DNA of 63,747 nucleotides, filler included, from Klebsormidium nitens (taxonomy: Eukaryota > Plantae > Klebsormidiophyceae), in the NCBI GenBank assembly GCA_000708835.1. It is 5 parts of 5 records of this genome, joined end to end, with 100 filler letters (N's around TTAATTAATTAA, not from the genome) between each part and the next. Parts side by side here need not be neighbours in the genome. Positions count along the whole stretch, not along the records: positions 1 to 12,517 come from DF238096.1; 4 more parts are not named here. One strand, written 5' to 3'. Position numbers and translations under genes: made by a program. How positions within the stretch are numbered: position 1 is the stretch's first letter; each line of letters opens with the position of its first letter. Below, in pieces: positions 1 to 10,649 of this stretch. The notes beneath the pieces were generated by a model that searched no databases, was not told the origin of the DNA, and saw only the letters and a list, made by a program, of their open reading frames with translations.

Positions 1-682
1 AAAGATTATCTCTGAGTATCATGATACTTACTACGCGGGACACTATGGGATACTCAAAACCAAACAGGGAGTTGGTCGTTTGTTTTGGTGGCCCTCTTTG
101 ACAGAGGATGTTACCAAATATATCTCCTGCTGTATCATTTTGTGCCAAAGAGGGAAGGCCCGGCGTCACAGGCCGTTTGGTGCATTGCAGCCTCTTCCCG
201 TTCCTGAGAAAGCTTGGAAGACTGTCAAGTTTGACTTTATTGTTAAGTTGCCTAAGACTGCTCGTGGGAACGACAGTATTTGTGTCTTTGTTGATAAGCT
301 GACAAAAATGGTGCATTTTGTAGCTTGTCGAGAAGACTTGTCTGCGAAGATTTTGCAGAGCTCTATATTGATCAAATCTGGCGTCTCCATGGCCTGAGCA
401 AAGAATTTAAACTACAGATCGTGATACGCGGTTCACGAGTGCGTTTTGAAAAGGGGTGACGGAGCTTATTGGTACTAGGCACGTTACGTTCTCGTCTTTC
501 CATCCGCAGACTGACGGTCAAACAGAAAGGACGTGTGAATCAAATGCTAGAAACGTATCTTCGTCATTTTATTTCTACGCAGCTAAATGACTGGGACACT
601 CTGTTGTCACGAGCGGAGTTTGCCCAAAACTCAGCGTTTCACTCTTCTGTAGGTGAGACACCTTTTTTCCTCCGGCTCTAAC
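1..682 (+). pseudogene. Ty3/Gypsy (chromovirus-type) integrase, N-terminal part: H2C2 zinc finger and rve core, degenerate
   Basis: Translates as HDTYYAGHYG..FWWPSL..C..CQRGK..GALQPLPVPEKAWKTVKFDFIVKLPKTARGNDSICVFVDKLTKMVHF, then ..NQMLETYLRHF..DWDTLLSRAEFAQNSAFHSSVGETPFFL. Several frameshifts. Confidence 0.92.
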
Positions 683-1840
683 TGTAGCGTGCTGGTAAAG
701 CCCCGAGCCTGCGATGCTCAGAACCCCCAACACAGAGTTTAGCGGAAGCTTGAATTGTACGTTGCGGGAGCTCAACACTTGGGAGAATTGCGAACCTCGC
801 TTCTGGCTAGAAGCCAGCGTGTTGAATGAGCAACTTTCGTCCGACCTGTGCTCCAATTCAAGAGCCAGCAGAATGTTAGTCGCTCCATCCATCCTAGAGG
901 TCTGCAGCGTCCTGCAGCACTCTATAACGTAAGATGAATTCGCTTCTGCACTCTAGGTTATGCAACTGGCGTGCACCTGGTTATGCAACCTTTTGCCAGC
1001 TAGAGAGCGTCCAGGTTCCCTGCACAGCCTGTCGCTGTCGCGCCTAGAAACCTCCAATGACGCCGCGCGTATGTCGCCGCCGTCCCAAAACACCGCCTGC
1101 AAGGCATTCCAAAGGAAGCTGCTTTGTGATTGGTTGAGCTAAGGAAAATGGCCTCCTTAGTTTTAACGCCTGCTTTCTGAAAGTGACTCAGGTCGCTTTC
1201 AGCTGGCTTTGAGCTTGAGGAAGGCGAGCGCCCTAAACGCGCTTGGCGGCGCGCGCGTCGCGCCATCAAAGTCGTGCTCATTATTGCCAACGCGATCCGG
1301 GATTTAAGTCGCGTGACTTGTACCGGTTTGAAGTCGATTTGTACCAGCTCGCGAGGTACGGATTTCGGTTAATTTAAAGTCTAACCGGCCGTCGATATTT
1401 TCGGCGGATTTTCCGGCTGCAGACCTTAAATGAAAAGCGACTTATTTCGTACAGCCGTCGCTAGATTCGAGTGCAATAATTGACTCGACGATTCGCATAA
1501 TGACGCGTGCGATCTACGATCAAAAAGAGAGCCAAGGCAATGTTGAACCTGTGGATCAATTTGGGCCGTCAAAACAAATCAAATATAAGAAATTCCGAAC
1601 GCAATTTCAATATTTATAGAGCCGTCGATTTGCGAGAAGAGCTCAAATGCACCGTCGATAAAGCAACGACTTATAGACTCGATTGAATTCACTTGAAGCC
1701 GCATTCAAGCCTTCAAGTCTAAAGCCTAGCTTAAATGTACACTCGCTACTAGGTACATTGTACCCAGAGATAGGGGTTTCGCTTTGAGTAACTAACTGTA
1801 ACGATTTTAAAGGAGACCGGTAGAAGCGCAGATCGTTACA
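683..1840. mobile_element. Insertion splitting the Gypsy integrase; solo-LTR-like or composite
   Basis: Termini TGTAGCG(683)..CGTTACA(1840), flanked by 5-bp direct repeat CTAAC (678-682 and 1841-1845). Removing it rejoins ETPFFL..NPRTPPGE. Confidence 0.75.
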
Positions 1841-2428
1841 CTAACCCAAGGACTCCACCGGGTGAAACGTTGGAAGATGTGCACCCTGCGTTTGTTGCTT
1901 TCGTTGAGCGTTGGCATTCTGCTCTCACCTTTGCTCGCAAGTGTTTGATTGCAGCTCAACAGAGACAGAAAGCGTATGCAGACCAGCGTCATACAGAGAA
2001 GACGTTCGCTGTGGAAGATACGGTTCTTTTGAGTGCAAAGTACCTTAACATTAAGTATGCCATCGAAAGATCTCGCAAGCTTCTCCCCAAATGGATTGGT
2101 CCATTTGAAGTCGAGCAGGTTGTGGGTCTCGTAGCGTACAAGCTAAAGATGAATCCAGGCTGGCGTGTTCATCATGTATTTCCTGTATCTTTGCTTGAGC
2201 CTTACAGGTCAAACGGACGGGTACAACGTACCCCCACCACCACCAATTGAATTGGAAGGTGCTCTGGAGTATGAGGTGGATTCGATATAGAGTCATCGAT
2301 TCTGAGGACGACGTCATCCTTGCGCCTCTTATCTCGTATCCTGGAAGGGTTATGGTCCAGAACATAATCCGTGGGAGCGAGAGAAATATGTCGTGAACGC
2401 GCCCGAGGCGGTAGCAGATTATTGACTT
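1841..2428 (+). pseudogene. Gypsy integrase C-terminus (GPF/GPY module) plus chromodomain, degenerate
   Basis: AAQQRQKAYAD..KLLPKWIGPFEVEQVVGLVAYKLKMNPGWRVHHVFPVSLLEPY, then EYEVDSI..SWKGYGPEHNPWERE..VNAPEAVADY*. Confidence 0.9.
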
Positions 2429-2674
2429 GAAGAACGGCTAGAAGGGCTTGGGGCGTCCTTATTGTTTAGTATTCAGTCAGAGCCGTATAGTTACTTGTAG
2501 TAACTAAGCTCCCACACAACGCCGTATCCGAGTTGGTTGTTTTGAGACGGAGTAGTTAGTAGGTCCGACAAAATTAATGATAGTAAGTGTTGTCTCTTCG
2601 TGACAAGTAAATGTCCCGTCAATTGTTCTATACTCGGAGGACGTAAAACAAGCCGAGGAGTGGCAACGGGGCAT

Positions 2675-3262
2675 TGTGACGATTGGGCTATGGTTAAGTC
2701 TAACCGCACAATCGTACAAGTGTTAACCTTCGGGTTTTGCCAGTTTGCCGACGTGTTGGCATGTGGCCAGTATTGATGTGACATAATTAATTGTAATTAT
2801 GCCACCAAGGCTAAGATGTATGGTAGGGCAATCATTGTGTTTAGTTCTCTTCAGTCCTAAACAATTCGTTAGTCACTGTCAGTCGCTGTCATGACCAGGA
2901 TTGCTTGGCGTGGCGCACTGTGCTCTACTATGCGGTCGTAAGTAAGCTACCTCAACAGCTGAAAGAAGGACTTGGAAATGATTGGATGCAGACCTCGAGT
3001 GTGCTCGAGACTGCCCCTCCCTGATTCAGGTCGTCTTTCTCTGAATGCGAGCGAGGAACAGGGCTTGGTTCAACTTGCGTGGATCATTCGAGGTGCAAAT
3101 TCCAAACCAGCAAGCAGAACTGTCTTGAGCTGAAAGACAACATTTTTACAGAGCAAGCGCCTTCGTCCGGGAATGCCTGCAACCATGGTTTCCGCACATG
3201 GCTGCCGTTAGTGTTTCGTAATTATCTCGCCAGCACTACGCTTAAGCTGGCCAACCGTCACA
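2675..3262 (+). mobile_element. Solo LTR, same family as the LTRs at 7969-8960
   Basis: TGTGACG..CGTCACA termini. Shares blocks TTGGGCTATGGTTAAGTCTAACCGC, CATGACCAGGATTGCTTGGC, ACCATGGTTTCCGCACATGG and GCTGGCCAACCGT with 7969-8526. No matching TSD seen. Confidence 0.85.
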
Positions 3263-3799
3263 CGCTGCCGCAATATCAAGTGGTAAGCGCCGCCGCAGCG
3301 CTTCCCGAAGAGTGCGGGATGATTTGGCCGAGCGTATCAACGGCAAATTTAAGACCGTAAATTCATCGATGGTCAACTCGATTATATTATTCGTACGGTA
3401 TTCCTTCTTGCTGACATCAAGGCCCGTTGCCCAAGAAAGTGGTAAGCGGCAAAATTTACACTGCCGCAACGGCGCGGCGACACTGCCGCATCTCTGCCCG
3501 GGGATCTTGGGAAGTGGCCGGTTTGCCGCAGCCGCTTCGGCGGCACTGCGGAAGCCTAGGCTCAACCTTCCAATGTTCGCATTGGAGCGGAATTTATCAA
3601 TTTCCTCGGTTGGACGGAAACTTAATGGCGTGTCAGGATTGCGCCCGAGACATTGCGTTCCAGTGCGTTTGCGGGAGTATTTCTTCTCTGCGCGTTTTCG
3701 TTCGCGCTTCTTAGTGACGATGGCGGGTTCACGGCTGGATAGCTTATGATGCACCTCTTTGCGCCTCGCGGCTTTTGCTTGAGCTTGATCATGTAACTT

Positions 3800-4290
3800 C
3801 CGGGGCGGCTTCTTCTGGTACTTATGGGGGTACGGCTTCTTCTGGTACTGCGGGTACTTGGGGAACAGCGACAGAGGGGCGGTACGGGGCAGGCTGGTAA
3901 CGGCCCTGGTACGGGCTTGCTGTCCAGCCGGCAAGGTGCGGGCTGGTGCTGGTACGCTTGTCCCTGGTGCAATCTTGCCGAAGGGGCAAAATGCACGCGC
4001 CGGTTTTGTTCGAAGCCTGGGGGCCTGGGAGTGTCGGCACGGTGCTGCTTACGCCAAGTGGTGTTGCGGGCCACCGGGGCAAGGCAGCGCGCGGAACCCG
4101 TGTAGGAGGTGGGTGACGCGGGGCGTTGGCTGGAGCGGCGGGAGGGCCGGTCCGGTGCTGACGCCGTGGCTTGGGGTGACGGGCCGCAGGGACGATCTTG
4201 ATGGCTTCGTACACGCCGTGATGCTTGGTGGTGACGTAGCGATGATGAAGGTTGGCCTTCCGAGCTGCCAAGCGATGAAGCTCCACAACA
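3800..4290 (-). pseudogene. Pro/Tyr/Gln-rich, possibly gag-like fragment, antisense to the adjacent pol
   Basis: Minus frames give ELHRLAARKANLHHRYVTTKHHGVYEAIKIV followed by a Pro-rich tract and PKYPQYQKKPYPHKYQKKPP repeats. Family not confidently recognised. Confidence 0.3.
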
Positions 4291-4294
4291 CTCT

Positions 4295-6540
4295 GAACGG
4301 CCAAAGCCACCAACAAGGGGCACGTTCTCGGCACAGCTGGCTACTATCGGCGCTGTGTTCGGAACTACTCCAGCATCGCCGCCCCTCCGAACAGGCTACT
4401 GCAGAAGGACGTGCCATGGGGATGGACGGCCAAAGCTTAGCATGCCTTTGAGCCGCTCAAAGCCAAGCTGACCGAAGCTCCTATCTTGAGGAGACCCAAC
4501 TTCGCCCTGCCGTTCGAGCTCCACACTGACTGGAGTGCCAAAAGCCTAGGCGCCGTTCTTGCTCAGAGAGACGAGGAGAACACGGAGTTCGTAGTTGCAT
4601 ACGCCTCTCGGAGTAACAACCGGACTGAGCGCAACTACTCGAGCTACCAGGGACAGTGTCTTGCGGCTGTCTGGGGAGTCTAGATCTTCCGCGTGTACCT
4701 CTAGGGAAGACACTTCACCCTGATTACGGATCACAAGCCTCTAAAGTGGCTCATGACCAACATGCGACTCGGGGATGCACGCCCGCTGGGCTAACATCCT
4801 CCAGGAGTACGACTTCGAGATCGTGCACCGAAGCGGTCTCAAGAATTTGGATGCGGACGGGCTCTCGCGGAACCCTCTCCCATCAGATCACGACTTAACA
4901 GACGCCCGAATGGACCACGTTTCTGAACCTGAAGCTGGTGCCATTTCTGCTTGCCTGGCAAGATTGGTCAGCCCCACGGCTGACGAGGACTCAGTCGTTT
5001 CGAGCCATGCCCGCCGCGCTGCCCGTCGCACCGCCGCGTGACCAGCCAATCGACCCAGAGTTGCCAGTTGACCGCGATATCTGGAACGATGAGCTAGTAA
5101 TGACCTACGTGAGGCACGGCACCTATCCTGATGTTGCCACGGCTCTTGCAAAGGACCGCATCTGGCACCGTGCCTACTAAGGGCTACCACTTCCAGGAAG
5201 ACGTGCTTTGCAAGCGCCTCTCTTCTGGCGAAGTCAAGATTGTACCCAAACCAGAGCAGCGCGTGAACCTCATTCGCCGCGTGCACCTGGATGTGGGACA
5301 CTACGGCGTCAAGAAAACGTACTCCTTGCTCGAGCCCATATACTGGTGGGTCGGGATGTATGGAGACGTCCAGAAGGAGGTCAGCACTTGTGTGGTCTGC
5401 GACCGCGTTAAGGCCACCTTCGAGGTGAAGGACCCTGAACTAAAACCTCTGCCAATCATGGGCATGTTTTACCGTTGGGGGATCGATCTTTTCAAGATGC
5501 CCTTCCCCTCTACCGCTGGCAACCAGTACGTGATTGTCATGATCGAGCATTTTTCGAAGTGGATCGAAATTGCCGCAATTTCTGCAAAGACTGCAGAGAA
5601 CGTGAAAGCCGCGTTCATCAAGATCTTGGCACGCTACGGCGCGCCCGCAGAGGTCTTGACACACCAGGGAACGGAGTTCGAGGGCCTTTTTGCCGAACTC
5701 CTTCTTGCGGTGTACATCGACCACCGCATCACGTCCAGAGACCATGCCCAATCCAACGGCTTGGCCGAGAGGATCGTCCAGATGTTCGAGAAGGCACTGC
5801 GCAAATACTGCGTGCTGTACGACCACGACCACTGGGACGAATTCCTCCATTGGATTGCGATGGGGTACCGGTTCAGCCGCCACCACTCGCTGGGGGGATA
5901 CTCCCCCTACTACTTGCTCTACGGCCGCCACCCAATCGTGGGTGCAAGTATCAAGGACGTCGTTGATGAGCCCATCAACCTGGACTCACCCCTGCTCAGC
6001 GCAGATCCTGCGAGATCGCGCCCTGCTGTTCAAGGAGGCTATGCCCATGGCGTTCAACAACCTAGCCATAGCCCACCCGCGACACGCTGCGCTACGCGTA
6101 CACTCGCTCTGGCAACTTCAAGCCGAAGCTCAAGCGCTTCGAAGTCGGAGACCTGGTCTACCTGCGCCGCGAGTCCACCAACTCCATGGAGCCTGACACA
6201 GGCCGGATCATCCTCAGAGTCAAGCAGCTGCTCGGCACAGGCCGCTTGCTCTTGGAGGGCCGTGATCAGAAGACCATCAGAGAGCATGTTGAGAACTGTG
6301 CGCCTTGCCACCATCCCAACATCGACCTCTACCAGGATCCCGCTCTGGCAGACAACCAAGAGAAGGACCAGGCATGCGAGGTTTGCGGACTCGTTGATGT
6401 CACCCGGAGAACTGGTCCCATGCCGCTCTGCGACAACTGCGACTCCGGCTGGCACATGAAGTGCTTAACTTCATGAAGACACGTCCTAAGGGCGACTGGT
6501 TTTGCCCGAACTGTCCTCTCGCTGCGTCAAAAACGTAGGC
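4295..6540 (+). pseudogene. Ty3/Gypsy pol fragment: RT thumb/connection, RNase H, integrase, C-terminal PHD finger
   Basis: FLGTAGYYRRCVRNYSSIAAP..LLQKDVPWGW; LKAKLTEAPILRRPNFALPFELHTDWSAKSLGAVLAQ..VVAYASRSNN; H..VGHYGVKKTY..C..C; WGIDLF..VMIEHFSKW..QSNGLAER; CEVCG..LCDNCDSGWHMKCL..GDWFCPNC. Stops and frameshifts present. Confidence 0.93.
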
Positions 6541-6602
6541 GATTTGGAACGGCTATCTCTGTTGATTTTTACTGACGCTCCGTCGGGACGACTCCGCCAG
6601 CT

Positions 6603-7616
6603 TGGGGGGAGGGATCACGAATGATATGATATGCCGTATGAGTGACATGTAATCACGTATGTTTTTCGCTTTCGCCGTTCAATCAAGGCACTTCGACTGT
6701 GCACCGACATGATATCGCACCGACCCATGACCGCATGATAGCTGTCATGCCGTGTGCTGTCGTTGCCGTGAAGGCTCGGCTATAGGGCTTTATGCCCATG
6801 CTAGTTGCTAGATGCCGCCACTTGGCCGCCCATGCAAGTTATAGATCCCACTTGGGGCTCGCCAATCCCAGAGAGATCCCCGCATAGATTGCCGCATCTT
6901 AGTGCACAACCGCCGTCACTAACGGCCGGGGCATGCGCTTAGCGCCATCGCCACATGTGCGCAACGCAAGTACCGCGCTCGGTGCAAACAACCAGGCACT
7001 CATACGTTTGCCGTTCTTCCCCTACGGCACTTACCTTGGTTGCGTATTGTGCGCTGGGTACTCGGACCTGTACGCCGTACATCCGCACCCTATTTTTACC
7101 ACGTTCGTGCGACTCCGCAACGCATATTCCGCCGACCGAATCATATACGAGGATCGCCATCCTATTTTCGACCAAAGCGCCATCGACTCCGCCTTATTGT
7201 TTGCACCACTAGGGGTAGTTTGTACTTCGATTAGACTTTGAACACACTTATACATCGACGTAGACCCTTAGAGACTAGACTTTCGATCGTAGGCTAGGAT
7301 ATTCCGCCGTAGCCTATAAAACTTGCGAACAGACACTAATTCCCCAACTTAGTGCAAGTTGGGAATTGGACTTTCGACGTTCCGGTGATAGAGCAGCCCT
7401 ACGCTCTTGACACTGACCCGACTTAGCCATTATCTTCTTCACGCTTCCCTCGCTCCACTCGCCTCAGCCTGTGTCAAGTACTTTTGTAGGGATCACAGCT
7501 GATATGATATGCCGTATGAGTGACATGTATTCACGTATGTTTTTCGCTTTCGACGTTCAATCAAGGCACTTCGACTGTGCACCGACATGATATCGCACCC
7601 ACCCATGACCGCATGA
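6603..7616 (+). mobile_element. Polypurine tract and 3' LTR-like region of the PHD-Gypsy element, with a ~128-bp terminal direct repeat
   Basis: GGGGGGAGGGA lies just after the pol end. 6610-6738 is repeated almost exactly at 7488-7616. Confidence 0.65.
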
Positions 7617-7968
7617 AGAGGAGCCTGCTCAAGATAGCTGATGCACATTCATGAGCTTTCTTCCCTGCTTCCTAGCTTGCCCTCCTCCCCCAGCAAACGT
7701 ACGCAGGTAACTCCCGCTAGACAGCAAAAGTTGCTGCAAGGAGCATCTGCAAGTTATGGAGGCAATTTCCTTAAAGGAGAATCGTGCTGCCAAGCCTTAA
7801 TTCAGATTCAAAGAATTCTCACAGGAAACTTGCTGACGGAAGAAGCCCCACCGTCACTCTTACTCTAAGAGAGCAGCACCATTCTTTGCTCTATACATGA
7901 CTTGTTAAAGGCGCAGAGGGAAAGAGATAAGCAAGGGAGCTGTGGTTGACTGGCTGTTAGAGCAGACT

Positions 7969-8960
7969 TGTGACGTTTGGGCTATGGTTAAGTCTAACCG
8001 CTCTAACGCACGAGGTTAAGTCCGCAGTCACGTGGTGACATGTGGCAAGTAAAGTCCACTGTCGTTTGTGACACGTGGCAGGTGTCGAAGTAATGTTCGA
8101 TAATAATTATTGTTGAACATGTCGACAGTAGTATAAGTAGAGCTACTAGACTAGCATGTCTTTTGCATGACCAGGATTGCTTGGCATGGCGCATGACGCT
8201 CTACTTTGGAGTCAGAAGTATGCTGTTTGCCATGCTGGAAGGACGTCATTGAGATGACTAGACGCAGCCATGGGCACTGCCCAAGACTGCCTCTCTACGA
8301 TTCGTGACTGACTGAACGCAGGCAGAAACAAGACTCTAAAATCTTGAGGGATGTCCTGAGGGACTTGTCCAACGAGAGGACAGAAGTTGTCTTGAGCAGA
8401 AAGACGACAATTTTTCTGAGCTGCGCCATCGCTTGAGAACGCTTGCTACCATGGTTTCCGCACATGGTTGCTGAACGTGTGTAGTTATCCTGCCAGCTCT
8501 TCGCATTCAGCTGGCCAACCGTTACAGTGGTATCAGAGGTTTGTGTTCTGATCTCTTNNNNNNNNNNNNNNNNNNNNTACTAGACTAGCATGCTTTTTGC
8601 ATGACCAGGATTGCTTGGCATGGCGCAGGACGCTCTACTTTGGAGTCAGAAGTATACTGTTTGCCATGCTGGAAGGACGTCATTGAGAAGACTAGATGCA
8701 GCCATGGGCAGTGCCCAAGACTGCCTCTCTACGATTCGTGACTGACTGAACGCAGGCAGAAACAAGACTCTAAAATCTTGAGGGATGTCCTGAGGGACTT
8801 GTCCAACGAGAGGACAGAAGTTGTCTTGAGCAGAAAGACGACAATTTTTCTGAGCTGCACCATCGCTTGAGAACGCCTGCTACCATGGTTTCCGCACATG
8901 GTTGCTGAACGTGTGTAGTTATCCTGCCAGCTCTTCGCATATAGCTGGCCAACCGTGACA
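7969..8960 (+). mobile_element. LTR retrotransposon: two LTRs, internal region lost in the assembly gap
   Basis: 5' LTR 7969-8526 (TGTGACG..CGTTACA). Partial 3' LTR 8578-8960, near identical, ending CGTGACA. Perfect 5-bp TSD AGACT (7964-7968 and 8961-8965). Confidence 0.95.
8528..8538 (+). promoter_or_regulatory. Primer binding site complementary to initiator tRNA-Met
   Basis: TGGTATCAGAG begins one base after the LTR terminal CA. Confidence 0.92.
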
Positions 8961-10649
8961 AGACTGCACCTCAGATTGCAGACCTGCAAACTGCTATAAG
9001 ATCAGCTGCTGAGGCCGGGCCTGTTGAAAAGCCAAGGCACTTTGCAACTCCTTAAAAGCTACCAAGAAATAACCTTGAGCAGATTGGAGGGCACAATTGG
9101 CCCGTCCCAAGAATACTTTCAGATGTAAGCCCTGGCAGATTTTCAACTAGTGAGAAAGCGGGAGCCTTTGGATTACGATGAGGAGCTAGGCTAGCCGGAT
9201 TTAGAGGATGAGCTAGAATTCCTGGAAGACTTTGGGGAGGAAGAAGAGTCAGAGGAAGACGCTCCTCGGAAAGATTACCCCCAGCAAGGTGCAGGCCCAA
9301 ACAAAGCAAAGCCTGAGCCAGAGACTTTCTTCACAGAAGTTGCTAAGCTCAAAGAGTGTTTGAACTTTTCCCCCCAATTTGCCTTTGCGAGGGCTGGTAG
9401 GCGCATGGTCTGTCCACAAATTGCCCCCATTCACCAGACAGCGAGCGTGCGTCTCGTTTGTTCAACAGAGCACTCCTATGTCTGGCAGTCAGCAGAAGAA
9501 GCCAATCAGAGTCACATTCCAGCTGTTTTATAGAAGGCATGTCACGCGGCGCTGAGCGCATGCTGGGGTATCCAAGGGTTCGCAGAGTTTGCGGAGGCAA
9601 TGGGGCTGAAGACTCCCTCAAAAATAAAGTCCCGGTACGACTTCCAAGAGGGGAAGGGGGAGAGACGGGGTCGGAGTGCGGTGGTAGAAGAAGTGAGTGC
9701 AGAGGACATGGCAACAAACAGGAAGGAAGCAATTGAGAGGGACGGAGCAGACGGAACGGTTGTGTATCTTGATGCCCGTTTCGACAGCAGGACCGGGATG
9801 GGTTTCATGGGACGGTGTCAGTGTTAGACATGAAGAATGGAAAGGTGTTGGCGCTTGTCACGATGACGCAGAAGGAACTGGGAGCAGCTGGAAGACGGAG
9901 GATGCGGCGGTGCGGCAGGCGCTTGAAGAGCTCAAGGAGGCAGGGGTTGATGTTGTAGAGGGAGTGCACGATGACAAATCTTCCGTAGATGGCATTCTGG
10001 CAGAGTTCGGTATTTGGAGCAGCAAAGACCTCTAGCATAAGTGCAAAAAGCTCATCATCAAGTTCAGAGCTGATGTGGGGCGAGCGAAGAGAGAGGGGCT
10101 GAAGTTGGTGGACAAGGCAAGGGCAGCGTGCGACTTGAAGGGTTTGACTGTGAAACAGCTCAAAGAGCACCTGCAAGCGGCCGGGCTGTCAATAAAAGGA
10201 AGGAAATACACGCTGGTGGTGAGGGTTTAGGCAAGTTTGGACCGGGAGGAGGCCCGGGAGAGCGTTGAGGAGGATGCCAGGTTGCAGAAGTTTCCGGAGG
10301 TGGGCAAGCATGATCTGGTTGGGAGGTTGAAAACCCACGTCTACACAGTGTGCCGAGCAAGAGCAAAAGCAGGGGATGAAAATGCTGAGCTGCTTGTGTT
10401 TGACATCAGGAACGCAGCTGATCACCATGGGCCGGCTTGCATGAGGGATGCGAAATGCTTGATTGCAACCGGGTTTGTGTTAAAGAAAAGTGGGGAAAAG
10501 AGCGGGCCTTTTACACGGCAGGCGGGGCAACCACGCAGCAATCGCGCGGCTGACTGAGTGAAGGGAAAGATTACTGTAAATAAGACACGAAGCACCAATG
10601 GAGTTGTAAGTATTACAACTTTAGCCTCCATTTTCATATTCATCATTTC

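Larger units (their letters stand above)
7620..10557 (+). pseudogene. Kolobok-like (Mutator-like family) DDE transposase with SAP domain, degenerate, interrupted by an LTR element
   Basis: One recoverable frame: LVCSTEHSYVWQS..FAEAMGLKTPS..VYLDARFDSR..GSSWKTEDAAVRQALEELKEAGVDVVEGVHDDKSSV..SKDL*HKCKKL (DxxH..K motif)..LTVKQLKEHLQAAGLSIKGRKYTLVVRV (SAP). The frame VVDWLLEQ|TAPQIADL reads through once 7969-8965 is removed. The 5' boundary is approximate. Confidence 0.7.
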
